Below, piece by piece: positions 10,805 to 20,968 of a stretch of DNA of 32,000 nt (the first letter of the stretch is position 1; the number at the start of each line of letters is the position of its first letter). Location: positions 240,001 through 272,000 of the forward strand of contig NC_002528.1 in NCBI RefSeq assembly GCF_000009605.1, in the 5' to 3' direction. This stretch comes from Buchnera aphidicola str. APS (Acyrthosiphon pisum). Its GTDB lineage: Bacteria; Pseudomonadota; Gammaproteobacteria; Enterobacterales; Enterobacteriaceae. The notes beneath the pieces were generated by a model, which saw nothing but the letters and a program-made list of their open reading frames with translations, was not told the origin of the DNA and did not search any database. The position numbers were made by a program, and so were the translations under genes.

Positions 10805-11880
10805 TTAATGTAATTTAGTTTTTATATGTTGAATGATTGGAATATTTTTTTCAACTAAAAATCTTTTAAATTTAGGTGAGATCCATGTTGAAAAAACATT
10901 TTTTTTTTGAGTAATAAGACATACCGCTAATTTCTCTTTTAATGCTAACTTTTGAGCTTTTCTAAAACCTAGTATTAATAATCCTGTATCCCAAGCGTCT
11001 GATTCTAAAGCTGTTGAGGAAATTACACTAACTGAAACTAAATTATGATGTATAGGTTTGCCGCTATGAGGATCAATTAAGTGCGAAATATGTTTTCCTT
11101 CAAGAGAATAATAATTACGATAACTGCCTGCTGTACTGATTGCATTATTCTTTAAATATACAAGTAAGTGTATTGATTTTCTTCTATCAACAGGTTTTTG
11201 AATTGCGATAATTTTATCTTTTCTTGTATTTTTTTCTACTTTGACTAATACAGCTCCTCCTACTGAGATAGTATAATTTTTTATTTTTTTTTTGTAAGTA
11301 TACGTGACAAATGATCTACAGCAAAGCCTTCACCAAGAGTGGAAAGATTAATTTCTATCCCATCTATATCTTTTTCTAGAAACATCCCAAAAGAATTTTT
11401 AATAAGTTTTAAATGTTGACTTCCGGAAAGGAAAATTTTTTCTTTTATTTTTTTTTTAGAAGGATAATGAGTGAGTTTTTCTTTAGTGCCAAATCCCCAC
11501 ATATTAATTAATCGACTAATTGTAATATCTAATTTCCCATTAGTTTTTCGATTAATTTTTAGGGCGGTTGAAATAATTTTAAAAAAATCTTGATTGATTA
11601 TTTGACGCTGATGTTTTTTTAGTCTATTAAATTGAGATACAAGAGAATTTTTCTTCCAAGAAGAAAGCATTTTTTCATCTTCATCTAAATTTTGTTGTAT
11701 TAAATTTTTTATGTATTTTTTATTTTTTAAATTAGGGATCTTGACTTGCCAATATGTACCCATAGTTTTTCCTGTTAATGTTGCAATATTTTGTTTTTCT
11801 CTATCTAAATATCTATTATAAAAATTAACGACTATAAATATAAAAAAAATAAAAACACTGTAAATAATTTTTAAGAACAT
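10805..11880 (-). pseudogene. apbE: FAD:protein FMN transferase (ApbE), frameshifted at a 10-A tract; pseudogene or slippage-rescued
   Basis: Zero-frame part from ATG 11880: MFLKIIYSVF...LTGKTMGTYWQVKIP...LSTLGEGFAVDHLSRILTKKK* (stop at 11281-11283). One extra A in 11284-11293 restores ...KKKIKNYTISVGGAVLVKVEKNTRKDKIIAIQKPVDRRKSIHLLVYLKNNAISTAGSYRNYYSLEGKHISHLIDPHSGKPIHHNLVSVSVISSTALESDAWDTGLLILGFRKAQKLALKEKLAVCLITQKKNVFSTWISPKFKRFLVEKNIPIIQHIKTKLH* to 10805. Track start at 11907 is TTG; ATG at 11880 is more likely. Confidence 0.9.
11284..11293 (-). repeat. 10-nt poly(A) tract inside apbE at the frame break
   Basis: Direct count of T run on + strand, immediately followed (coding sense) by TAA. 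Confidence 0.92.
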
Positions 11881-12151
11881 AAATAATATTATTCTCCTAA
11901 TTAACAAAAATAAATTTTATCTGATAAATAAAAAAATAAAGTTATAGATTTTTTTGAGTTTTCAAATATAAATATTTATTATTTTGTAGTTTGTTTTCTA
12001 ATTTTCAATCTTTTTAAAAATTTTATATAGATATTAACCAGAAATGGAGTTAAATATCGATGGAGTGTATAATAAACATTTATTCTATTGTGTAATGCAT
12101 TATAATAATATCTTTGTTTACAGATTAGATTGTAATTATGAGAAAGAAATA

Positions 12152-13588
12152 ATGAAAAAATCAGCTATAATATTAAGTAAAATAATACTGATTTTGACGC
12201 TATTACTAAGTTTTGGAATGTCTTGGAATAATGTTTTCTCTAACACAAAAAATAGTATTGTTTCCAGAGAAATTTCTCCTAGTTTAGCGCCAATGTTAGA
12301 AAAAGTTATGCCTTCAGTAATTAGTATTAATATTGAAGGAAGTGCAATTACACGTACTTCTCGTTTACCTCATCAATTTCAACCATTTTTTGGTGATAAT
12401 TCCCCTTTTTGTCAAGGAAATTCACCATTTCGACACTCACCTTTTTGTCATATTAATCCTGACTCTGATGATAAAAAAGAAAAATTTCGGGCATTAGGTT
12501 CAGGTGTTATTATTAATGCTGACAAAGGATATGCAGTAACAAATAATCATGTTGTTGAAAATGCAAATAAAATTCAGGTTCAACTAAGTGATGGACGTCG
12601 ATATGAAGCACGAGTAATTGGGAAAGACTCTCGTTCTGATATTGCTTTAATACAATTAAAAAATGCAAATAATTTAAGTGAGATAAAAATTGCTGATTCC
12701 GATAATTTAAGAGTAGGAGACTATACTGTAGCTATTGGAAATCCATATGGTCTTGGAGAAACTGTAACCTCAGGTATTATTTCTGCTCTAGGACGAAGTG
12801 GTTTAAATATTGAGCATTATGAAAATTTTATTCAAACTGATGCGGCAATTAATAGAGGAAATTCTGGTGGAGCCTTAGTTAATTTAAAGGGTGAGCTAAT
12901 AGGTATTAATACTGCTATTTTAGCTCCAGATGGCGGAAATATTGGAATAGGATTCGCTATTCCTTGCAATATGGTAAAAAATTTAACAGCACAAATGGTT
13001 CAATTTGGACAGGTAAGACGAGGAGAATTAGGTATAATGGGCATGGAACTTAATTCAGATTTAGCACAAATTATGAAAATAAATTCACAAAAAGGAGCAT
13101 TTGTTAGTCGAGTTTTACCTAATTCTTCTGCATTTGAAGCAGGTATTAAAGCTGGTGACATTATAATTTCTTTAAATAGAAAACCAATTTCTAGTTTTTC
13201 ATCATTACGTGCTGAAATAGGATCTTTGCCAGTTGCAACTAAAATGGAATTAGGAGTATTTCGCGAGGGAAGAATTAAAAATATTACTGTAGAATTAAAA
13301 CATTCCGTAAAACACAATTTAAATTCAGAAAATGATTATATAGGAATTGAAGGTGTAGATTTAAGTGATTATATATTTAATGAACAAAAAGTTATAAAAG
13401 TAGATAATGTAAAACCACATACTCCTGCATCAAAAATTGGTTTTAAAAAAGATGATATTATTCTTAACGTAAATCAGAAATTAATAAGTAATGTGGACGA
13501 ATTAAAGAAATTTTTACATAGCAAACCTAAAATTTTAGTTTTTAATATAAAAAGAGGAAATGATACTATATATTTAGTAAGCGAATAA
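12152..13588 (+). CDS. degP: periplasmic serine endoprotease/chaperone DegP (HtrA)
   Basis: Trypsin-like domain with NHVVENA (His), DSRSDIALIQ (Asp), NRGNSGGALVN (Ser) and two C-terminal PDZ-like regions; signal peptide MKKSAIILSKIILILTLLLSFG. Start moved from 12044 to ATG at 12152, preceded by an AGAAAGAA SD-like stretch. Confidence 0.95.
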   Translation: MKKSAIILSKIILILTLLLSFGMSWNNVFSNTKNSIVSREISPSLAPMLEKVMPSVISINIEGSAITRTSRLPHQFQPFFGDNSPFCQGNSPFRHSPFCHINPDSDDKKEKFRALGSGVIINADKGYAVTNNHVVENANKIQVQLSDGRRYEARVIGKDSRSDIALIQLKNANNLSEIKIADSDNLRVGDYTVAIGNPYGLGETVTSGIISALGRSGLNIEHYENFIQTDAAINRGNSGGALVNLKGELIGINTAILAPDGGNIGIGFAIPCNMVKNLTAQMVQFGQVRRGELGIMGMELNSDLAQIMKINSQKGAFVSRVLPNSSAFEAGIKAGDIIISLNRKPISSFSSLRAEIGSLPVATKMELGVFREGRIKNITVELKHSVKHNLNSENDYIGIEGVDLSDYIFNEQKVIKVDNVKPHTPASKIGFKKDDIILNVNQKLISNVDELKKFLHSKPKILVFNIKRGNDTIYLVSE

Positions 13589-13601
13589 TAATTTTATAGT
13601 T

Positions 13602-13630
13602 CCGCCCGAACAAATACGGGCGGCTTTTTT
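13602..13630 (+). terminator. Rho-independent terminator of degP
   Basis: Perfect 7-bp GC stem CCGCCCG (13602-13608) / CGGGCGG (13617-13623), 8-nt loop AACAAATA, then C-TTTTTT (625-630), 13 nt after the degP stop. Confidence 0.93.
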
Positions 13631-13631
13631 C

Positions 13632-14456
13632 TTATTTTATATTTCGTAATAATTGATTAATTTCTGTTTTTCCTAATGTTTTTGCATCTACTTTTTTTAC
13701 AATAATAGCAGCATAAAGGTTGTAATTTCTATTTTCGGATGGCAAAGTTCCAGAAACTACTACAGAATGGGCAGGTACTCTTCCGTAAAAAATTTTTCCG
13801 TTCTCTCTGTCATAAATTTTTGTGCTTTGCCCAATAAAAACGCCCATAGAAATCACACATCCTTTTTCTATAACAACTCCTTCTACAATTTCAGAACGGG
13901 CACCAATAAAACAATTATCTTCAATAATTGTAGGATTATTTTGAAGAGGTTCTAGAACGCCACCTATACCTACACCTCCAGATATATGCACATTTTTACC
14001 TATTTGAGCACAAGATCCTATGGTAGCCCAAGTATCTATCATAGTACCTTGATCAATATATGCACCTATATTTATATAAGAAGGCATAATTATTGTATTA
14101 TAATTAATGAATGCACCATATCTTATTGTTGCTGGTGGTACTATTCTGACTTTTTCTTTTTTAAATTGTTTTTCATTATATTTTTCATATTTTAATGGAA
14201 CTTTATCATAGTAACTAGTGTAACTACCTTCTATAAATTTATTTTCTTTAATATATATATATAATAGAACTGCTTTTTTTAACCATTCGTGTGTAATCCA
14301 AGTATTATCTTTTTTTTCTGAAATTCTAATTATGCCATTATTTAATAATTTAATAACACGAAAAATAGTTTGTAAGATTTCATAATCAAGGTTATTTAGG
14401 TTAATTTTATTTTTATTTTCATAAGTTTCTTCAATTATTTTTTTAAGTTCTTTCAT
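13632..14456 (-). CDS. dapD: 2,3,4,5-tetrahydropyridine-2,6-dicarboxylate N-succinyltransferase
   Basis: 274 aa with hexapeptide-repeat core ([47 protein letters not shown]). Confidence 0.98.
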   Translation of the reverse strand: MKELKKIIEETYENKNKINLNNLDYEILQTIFRVIKLLNNGIIRISEKKDNTWITHEWLKKAVLLYIYIKENKFIEGSYTSYYDKVPLKYEKYNEKQFKKEKVRIVPPATIRYGAFINYNTIIMPSYINIGAYIDQGTMIDTWATIGSCAQIGKNVHISGGVGIGGVLEPLQNNPTIIEDNCFIGARSEIVEGVVIEKGCVISMGVFIGQSTKIYDRENGKIFYGRVPAHSVVVSGTLPSENRNYNLYAAIIVKKVDAKTLGKTEINQLLRNIK

Positions 14457-14516
14457 ATTTTAATGTGACCTAATTTATTATTAATGAATAAGAAAAATTG
14501 TTAAATTATCAATAAT

Positions 14517-15311
14517 TTAATTTATATTAACTAATTTTTGAGAAATATCTTCATCCTTTTGCCATGTTAAAATATCACATCCATATTCCGTTACTAATAC
14601 AGTATGTTCATATTGAGCTGATAAAGAACGATCTTTAGTTTTCACAGTCCATCCATCTTTCATACATTTTACTTCTGGATTTCCAGAATTAATCATTGGT
14701 TCAATAGTAAAAATCATTCCTTTCTTTAGAATAATATTGTTTTTTTTATTTTTATAATGTAATACATGAGGTTCTTCGTGGAAATTACGTCCAATTCCAT
14801 GTCCACAATATTCTTTTACAACAGAAAAATTGTTGCTTTCAACATAATTTTGAATAATTTCGCCAATTTTATATAACGGTATACCTGGTTTTACTAGTTT
14901 TAAAGACAGATATAAGCTTTCTCGAGCAACTTGACATAAACGTTTAGATAAAATACTAGTTTTTCCTATATAAAACATTTTTGAAGTATCACCATGATAA
15001 CCATCTTTAATGATCGCAATATCTATATTAACTATATCTCCTTCTTTAAATACTTGATTTTTACTTGGAATACCATGACATACTACATCATTAATGGAAA
15101 TGCAGATTGATTTTGGAAATCCATGATATCCTAAACATGCCGAAATAGCTTTTTTTTTATAAACAATATAATCATGACAAATTTGGTTGATATCTTCTGT
15201 ACTAATTTTTGGCTGAAGATGTTCTTTTATCATTTCTAATACTTCAGCCGCTAATTTTCCAGATATGCGCATTTTTTTAATTTCTGATTCTGTTTTAATT
15301 ATGCAACTCAT
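14517..15311 (-). CDS. map: methionine aminopeptidase, type I
   Basis: 264 aa; YHGFPKSICISINDVVCHGIP, GHGIGRNFHEEPHVLHY, FTIEPMIN metal-ligand motifs. Confidence 0.98.
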   Translation of the reverse strand: MSCIIKTESEIKKMRISGKLAAEVLEMIKEHLQPKISTEDINQICHDYIVYKKKAISACLGYHGFPKSICISINDVVCHGIPSKNQVFKEGDIVNIDIAIIKDGYHGDTSKMFYIGKTSILSKRLCQVARESLYLSLKLVKPGIPLYKIGEIIQNYVESNNFSVVKEYCGHGIGRNFHEEPHVLHYKNKKNNIILKKGMIFTIEPMINSGNPEVKCMKDGWTVKTKDRSLSAQYEHTVLVTEYGCDILTWQKDEDISQKLVNIN

Positions 15312-15573
15312 AATATTTAGCCGTTTTTTTATATCAATTTCTCAGATTTAAGATATATTTAAATTATACTGTAAAAATATATATATTTTAAAAAAATTAA
15401 TTATAAATTATATGAAACATCAATAATTATTGGTTTTATTAGCATAAAAAATGATATAAATTACTTTATATGGTATATCAATTAAAATTAAAAATTAATA
15501 TATTAATCTTTATTTTTTATTTAAGATAATATTTACAAAAAATTTCATATTTTAAAAAATTTTAGAGGTAATC

Positions 15574-16308
15574 ATGGAAATTGTATCAATGCGCGAGATG
15601 TTAAAAGCAGGAGTTCATTTCGGTCACCAAACACGTTATTGGAATCCGAAAATGAAACCTTTTATTTTTGGTATTCGTAATAGAGTACATATTATTAATT
15701 TAGAAAAGACCCTACCAATGTTTCATTTCGCTCTATCAGAATTAAAAAAAATTGCTTTGAAGAAAGGTAGAATATTGTTTGTAGGTACTAAGAAAGCTGC
15801 AAGCAAAGGAATAAAAGAAGTCGCTATTAATTGCGAACAATTTTATGTAAATCATCGTTGGCTAGGTGGTATGTTAACAAATTGGAAAACTGTTCGACAA
15901 TCTATAAAACGTTTAAAAGATCTAGAAATAGAATCTAAAGATGGTACTTTTTCTAAATTGACTAAAAAAGAAGCTTTAATAAGATCAAGAGAATTATTTA
16001 AATTAGAAAATAGTTTAGGAGGTATTAAAAATATGGGAGGATTGCCCGATTGCTTATTTGTTATTGATGCTGCACATGAAAATATTGCAATAACAGAAGC
16101 TAATAACTTAGGTATTCCTGTATTTTCTATAGTTGATACTAATTCTAATCCTGATGGTGTAGATTACATCATACCTGGTAATGATGATGCCATTAGATCT
16201 GTGAATCTTTATTTAAAATCTATAATGCTTACAATTTCTAAAATAAATAATCAAAATTCGTTAGATAAAGTTTTTATTGATACTAAAAACAGTACTAATA
16301 TTGAATAG
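15574..16308 (+). CDS. rpsB: 30S ribosomal protein S2
   Basis: 244 aa; [62 protein letters not shown]. Confidence 0.98.
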   Translation: MEIVSMREMLKAGVHFGHQTRYWNPKMKPFIFGIRNRVHIINLEKTLPMFHFALSELKKIALKKGRILFVGTKKAASKGIKEVAINCEQFYVNHRWLGGMLTNWKTVRQSIKRLKDLEIESKDGTFSKLTKKEALIRSRELFKLENSLGGIKNMGGLPDCLFVIDAAHENIAITEANNLGIPVFSIVDTNSNPDGVDYIIPGNDDAIRSVNLYLKSIMLTISKINNQNSLDKVFIDTKNSTNIE

Positions 16309-16384
16309 AAAATATTTATTAATATTTTAAATATTAATTTAATAAAGTCATAATAAACTATTTATAAAAAAGGAAACTAATATA

Positions 16385-17191
16385 GTGAAAACCAATGTTG
16401 ATACTGGTCTTATTAAAGAACTAAGGTCTCGTACAGGAGCGGGTTTTTTAGCATGTAAACGAGCGTTATTAGAAGAAAATGGAGATATCGAATCGGCAAT
16501 TGATAATTTACGAAAATCAGGAAAATTAACTGCTGAAAAAAAAATTAATAATATTACCAATCAAGGTGCGATTTTTTCTAAGATTAAAAATAACATTGGC
16601 GTCATGCTTGAGTTAAATTGTGAAACTGATTTTGTGTCTAAAGACAACTTGTTTATTTGTCTAGGCGAAGATATTCTAGTAGAAGCATTAGAAAAAAGAA
16701 TAAAAGATATCAATCAATTAAAAGTTATTTTTGAATCAAGAAGAACGGAGTTGGTATCAAAAGTAGGCGAGAACATTAATATCCGTCGTTTTCATTTAAT
16801 AGAAGGTGAAAATATTTTTTCCTATCTTCATGGGGTTCGTATTGGAGTTTTAGTTAGTTCTAGTTCGCTAAATAAAACAATATTAAAAAATATTGCAATG
16901 CATATAGCTGCAAGCAAACCAGAATATTTACATCCAAAAAATGTATCTAGTGAGGTTTTTCAACGGGAATATCAAATTCAACTAGAATTAGCTAAGAATT
17001 TAAATAAGCCTTCAAATTTATTGAAAAAAATTATAGACGGGAGAATGGAAAAATTCGTTAACAATATCTCTTTAACTAGTCAGAGCTTTATTATGAACCC
17101 TATAAAAACAGTAGGAGATATTTTAAATGAAAATCATGCACATATTGAATCATTTATTAGATTTGAATTAGGTGAATTAGTATCTAAATAA
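16385..17191 (+). CDS. tsf: elongation factor Ts
   Basis: 268 aa; [45 protein letters not shown]. Confidence 0.97.
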
Positions 17192-17241
17192 AATATAGAT
17201 TTAAAAACATATTAATATAAAATATATTTAGGTTGAGAAAT

Positions 17242-17970
17242 ATGTCTACTGATAAGAAATTCATATACCGACGTATTTTATTAAAGATAAGTGGAGAGGT
17301 ATTACAAGGAGTTAATAAATTTGGTATTGATATAAATTCTTTAAAAAGAATAGCAAAAGAAATTGAATTTATAGTAAAAATTGGTGTACAAGTCGGTTTA
17401 GTTATCGGAAGTGGTAATTTATTTCGTGGTGCAAAATTATCTAAATTAGGTCTTAATCGAGTAGCTTCAGATCATATAGGTATATTATCAACAGTTATTA
17501 ATAGTTTAGCCATGAGAGATACAATTAATTCCATCTCTTCTATTAAAACTTGTCTAATGTCTGCAATACCATTAAATGGTATTTGTGAAATATACAATTA
17601 TGAAAAAGCAATGAATTTATTATCTAATCATGTTGTTGTAATTTTTTCAGCTGGAACAGGAAACCCTTTTTTTACAACGGATTCAGCGGCTTGTTTGCGT
17701 GGTATTGAGACAGAATCTGATATTATTTTAAAAGGAACCAAAGTTGATGGGGTATATTCAAAAGATCCAAATAAAGATTCTCATGCTTTTCTATATAGAA
17801 GACTGACATACAAAGATGTCTTAAAAAAAGAGCTAAAAATTATGGATTTAGCCGCTTTTACACTTGCTAGAGACTATCATATGCCAATTCGAGTTTTTAA
17901 TATACATACTCCCGGTTCTTTATATCGCATCATCATGGGAGATGATGAAGGTACTCTTATTACGAGATAA
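17242..17970 (+). CDS. pyrH: uridylate kinase
   Basis: [23 protein letters not shown]..., [22 protein letters not shown]-like glycine-rich motif; start trimmed from TTG 17233 to ATG 17242. Confidence 0.97.
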   Translation: MSTDKKFIYRRILLKISGEVLQGVNKFGIDINSLKRIAKEIEFIVKIGVQVGLVIGSGNLFRGAKLSKLGLNRVASDHIGILSTVINSLAMRDTINSISSIKTCLMSAIPLNGICEIYNYEKAMNLLSNHVVVIFSAGTGNPFFTTDSAACLRGIETESDIILKGTKVDGVYSKDPNKDSHAFLYRRLTYKDVLKKELKIMDLAAFTLARDYHMPIRVFNIHTPGSLYRIIMGDDEGTLITR

Positions 17971-18050
17971 ATTTTGAAAAAAATTTAGAAAAATTCATTT
18001 TAAAATAAAACATTTTATTAGATTAAAAAAAATATTATATAGGTAATCAT

Positions 18051-18608
18051 GTGATTAATCAGATTGATATAAAAACTCGTGAACGAATGGAAGCATGTAT
18101 TCAAACGTTTCATAATAATATTACCAATATTAAAACGGGCAGAGCATCACCGACATTGCTTCATAATATTTATATTGAATATTTTGGATCTAAAACTCCT
18201 TTACGTCAAGTGTCTAATATAATAGTTGAAGATTCTCATACTCTTAAAATCAATGTTTTTGATGATTCGATTACATCTTTAATTAGAAAATCTATTTTAA
18301 ATTCAAATCTTGATTTGAATCCAGTTTTACAAGGGAAAGATATAATTATTCCGATTCCTAGACTAACAGAAGAAAGAAGAAAACAATTAATTAAAGTAAT
18401 CCGTGGTGATGCTGAAAGTAGTCGCATTCAGATTCGCAACATTCGCAGAGACGCAAATGATAAAGTTAAGAGATTACTTAAAGATAAAATTATTAGTGAA
18501 GATAATGAGCATACTTCACAATCAAAAATACAAATAATGACAAATGAATATATTAAAAAAATAGACTGTATTTTAGAAAAAAAAGAAAAAGAACTTATGA
18601 AATTTTAA
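18051..18608 (+). CDS. frr: ribosome recycling factor (GTG start)
   Basis: 185 aa; NIKTGRASPTLL, NIRRDANDKVKRLLKDKIISEDNE. Confidence 0.97.
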   Translation: MINQIDIKTRERMEACIQTFHNNITNIKTGRASPTLLHNIYIEYFGSKTPLRQVSNIIVEDSHTLKINVFDDSITSLIRKSILNSNLDLNPVLQGKDIIIPIPRLTEERRKQLIKVIRGDAESSRIQIRNIRRDANDKVKRLLKDKIISEDNEHTSQSKIQIMTNEYIKKIDCILEKKEKELMKF

Positions 18609-18690
18609 TATTTGATACTTAAAATATACATATTTGATATAATAAAACATACATTAAAAAATTATTAATTTTTTATAATTAAGAATATTT

Positions 18691-19887
18691 ATGAAGAAAA
18701 TCACTATTTTAGGATCTACTGGTTCCATTGGTATTAACGCGCTATCTATTATTCAAAAAAATCCAGATTTATTTAAGGTAATTGCTTTAGTAGCTAATAA
18801 AAATTTTTCTATTATGTTACGTCAATGTGAGTTATTTTCTCCTGATTGGGTGGCTATGAGAGACGAGAAATCTGCTCATATATTAAGAAAAAAATTAAAA
18901 CATAGTAAAATCAATACTCAAGTTCTTACTGGAGAAAAAGATATTTGTGCGTTAGCTGCATTAGAAGAAACAGATCACGTTATATCTGCAATTGTTGGAA
19001 TGGCTGGTTTGTTACCGACGTTATCTGCAATACATGCTGGCAAAACAATATTATTAGCTAATAAAGAATCTTTAATTACAAGTGGTTATTTTTTTATGAA
19101 AGCACTTTCTTCAAGTGGCGCGAAAATTATTCCTATTGATAGCGAACATAATGCTATTTTTCAAGTGTTACCTTTAGAAATTCAAAAAAACTTAGGTAAA
19201 ACTACTCTAGAGAAAAATAGTATCAAGCATCTTGTTTTAACTGGTTCTGGAGGTCCGTTTTATAAATTTTCTTCATCTGATTTATCTAATGTGACTCCAG
19301 ATCAAGCTTGTTCTCATCCCAATTGGTTGATGGGAAAAAAAATTTCTGTAGATTCAGCTACTATGATGAATAAAGGTTTAGAATATGCTGAAGCAAGATG
19401 GTTATTTAATGCTTTGGAATCAGAAATTAAAATTTTAATTCATCCTGAATCAATTATTCATTCTATGGTGCAGTATTATGATGGTTCTTTATTAGCACAA
19501 TTATCAGTACCTGATATAAGAACATCTATTTCATATGCAATGTCTTGGCCTGACCGTATTTGCACAGAAGTTGATTATTTAAATTTTTATAAAATAAATA
19601 ATCTAACTTTTTTCGAACCTGATTTTACTCAGTTTCCATGTCTAAAGTTAGCTATTGATGCTTTTTCTCAAGGGCAGGCTTCTATGACAGTTTTGAATGC
19701 CGCTAATGAAATTGCCGTGTCATCTTTTCTCGATTCTAAAATTTCTTTTACTAAAATTTATGAAATAAATATGGAAATATTAATGTCTTCCTGTTTTTCC
19801 GAACCAAAGTGTATTCAAGACATTCTAGAAATTGACAGAAAAGTAAGAATATTAGCAAAAAATAAAGTATCATCTTTAATTTTTTAA
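18691..19887 (+). CDS. dxr: 1-deoxy-D-xylulose 5-phosphate reductoisomerase
   Basis: 398 aa; ILGSTGSIGINAL, ANKESLITSG, PIDSEHNAIFQ, KISVDSATMMNKGLEYAEARWLF. Confidence 0.98.
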   Translation: MKKITILGSTGSIGINALSIIQKNPDLFKVIALVANKNFSIMLRQCELFSPDWVAMRDEKSAHILRKKLKHSKINTQVLTGEKDICALAALEETDHVISAIVGMAGLLPTLSAIHAGKTILLANKESLITSGYFFMKALSSSGAKIIPIDSEHNAIFQVLPLEIQKNLGKTTLEKNSIKHLVLTGSGGPFYKFSSSDLSNVTPDQACSHPNWLMGKKISVDSATMMNKGLEYAEARWLFNALESEIKILIHPESIIHSMVQYYDGSLLAQLSVPDIRTSISYAMSWPDRICTEVDYLNFYKINNLTFFEPDFTQFPCLKLAIDAFSQGQASMTVLNAANEIAVSSFLDSKISFTKIYEINMEILMSSCFSEPKCIQDILEIDRKVRILAKNKVSSLIF

Positions 19888-19979
19888 ACGTACATTATGT
19901 TAATGTACTAATTCATCAATTATTTAATTCAAAACTTTTTTTAATAAAATTTTGTTTTTGAGAGAAACATATACGTACT

Positions 19980-20735
19980 ATGCAGTATAAATATTTATTA
20001 GAATACAACAAAAAAAATCATGAATGTAATCCTTGTCATGTAGCAATTATTATGGATGGAAATGGGCGATGGGCTACTAGACAAGGAAAAATTCGTATTA
20101 TGGGTCATAAAGAAGGTTTTAGAGCAGTAAAAGAAGCAATCAAATTTTCTATTGCAAATAATTTAAAAATATTAACTTTATATGCTTTTAGTAGTGAAAA
20201 CTGGAATCGTCCATTATTTGAAATTAAAGCACTAATGGAATTATTTTTATTTGCGTTAGATACTGAAATTAAAAATTTAAAAAAACATAATATCAGATTT
20301 AAAGTTATTGGTGATATAACATGTTTCGATAAAAAATTACAAAATAGTATTCATTATGCAGAACAAATTACTTTTGACAATACCGGTTTAATTTTAAATA
20401 TAGCAGCAAATTATGGTGGAAGATGGGACATAATTGAAAGCGTTAAAAAAATTATTAATCGAGTGCAGAGAGGAATCTTAGATGTAAATAAAATTCACGA
20501 AAATACTATTTCTCAATATTTATCTACTAGTGAACTTCTTCCAGTAGATTTAGTTATTAGAACAGGAGGAGAAAAAAGAATCAGTAATTTTTTATTATGG
20601 CAAATAGCTTATTCTGAACTATATTTTACTGATGTTTTATGGCCTGATTTTAATTGTCATATTTTTCAACATGCTATAGATTCTTTTGTATCTCGTGAAC
20701 GTCGTTTCGGAGGATTTAAAAAAAATAAAAAATAG
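19980..20735 (+). CDS. uppS: undecaprenyl diphosphate synthase
   Basis: 251 aa; HVAIIMDGNGRWATRQG, YAFSSENWNRP, ELYFTDVLWPDF, RERRFGG. Confidence 0.98.
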   Translation: MQYKYLLEYNKKNHECNPCHVAIIMDGNGRWATRQGKIRIMGHKEGFRAVKEAIKFSIANNLKILTLYAFSSENWNRPLFEIKALMELFLFALDTEIKNLKKHNIRFKVIGDITCFDKKLQNSIHYAEQITFDNTGLILNIAANYGGRWDIIESVKKIINRVQRGILDVNKIHENTISQYLSTSELLPVDLVIRTGGEKRISNFLLWQIAYSELYFTDVLWPDFNCHIFQHAIDSFVSRERRFGGFKKNKK

Positions 20736-20968
20736 AAAATTTTATACCATGAATATTTTTATATAAATAAAATTTAAATGTATATCAAATAATAACATTA
20801 TTAATCCATTAAAAAAATATTTTTTTTTACTAAATAAGTTTATAAAAAGTATAAGAAAATAAGTGTATTTTTGAATTTTATTGTTACTTAATAGTATCTC
20901 TTAACTTGCAAGTATTTTAAAAAACTTTATAAAAAAAGAGATTTATTGTAGGGAAAATTATAATAATA

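Noticed and set aside
12044-12151. 36-codon N-terminal extension of degP in the ORF track
   Set aside because: Residues before MKKSAIILSK have no signal-peptide character and precede a good SD plus ATG at 12152; treated as upstream non-coding.
13000-13317. 105 aa ORF on the - strand opposite degP
   Set aside because: Antisense to the degP PDZ-coding region; shadow ORF.
13767-14195. ORFs 13767..13955 and 13986..14195 opposite dapD
   Set aside because: Antisense to dapD, short and low complexity.
16348-16560. 70 aa - strand ORF opposite tsf start, and similar ones at 18236..18427 and 24109..24390
   Set aside because: Antisense shadows of tsf, frr and dnaE respectively; AT-rich codon usage generates these readily.
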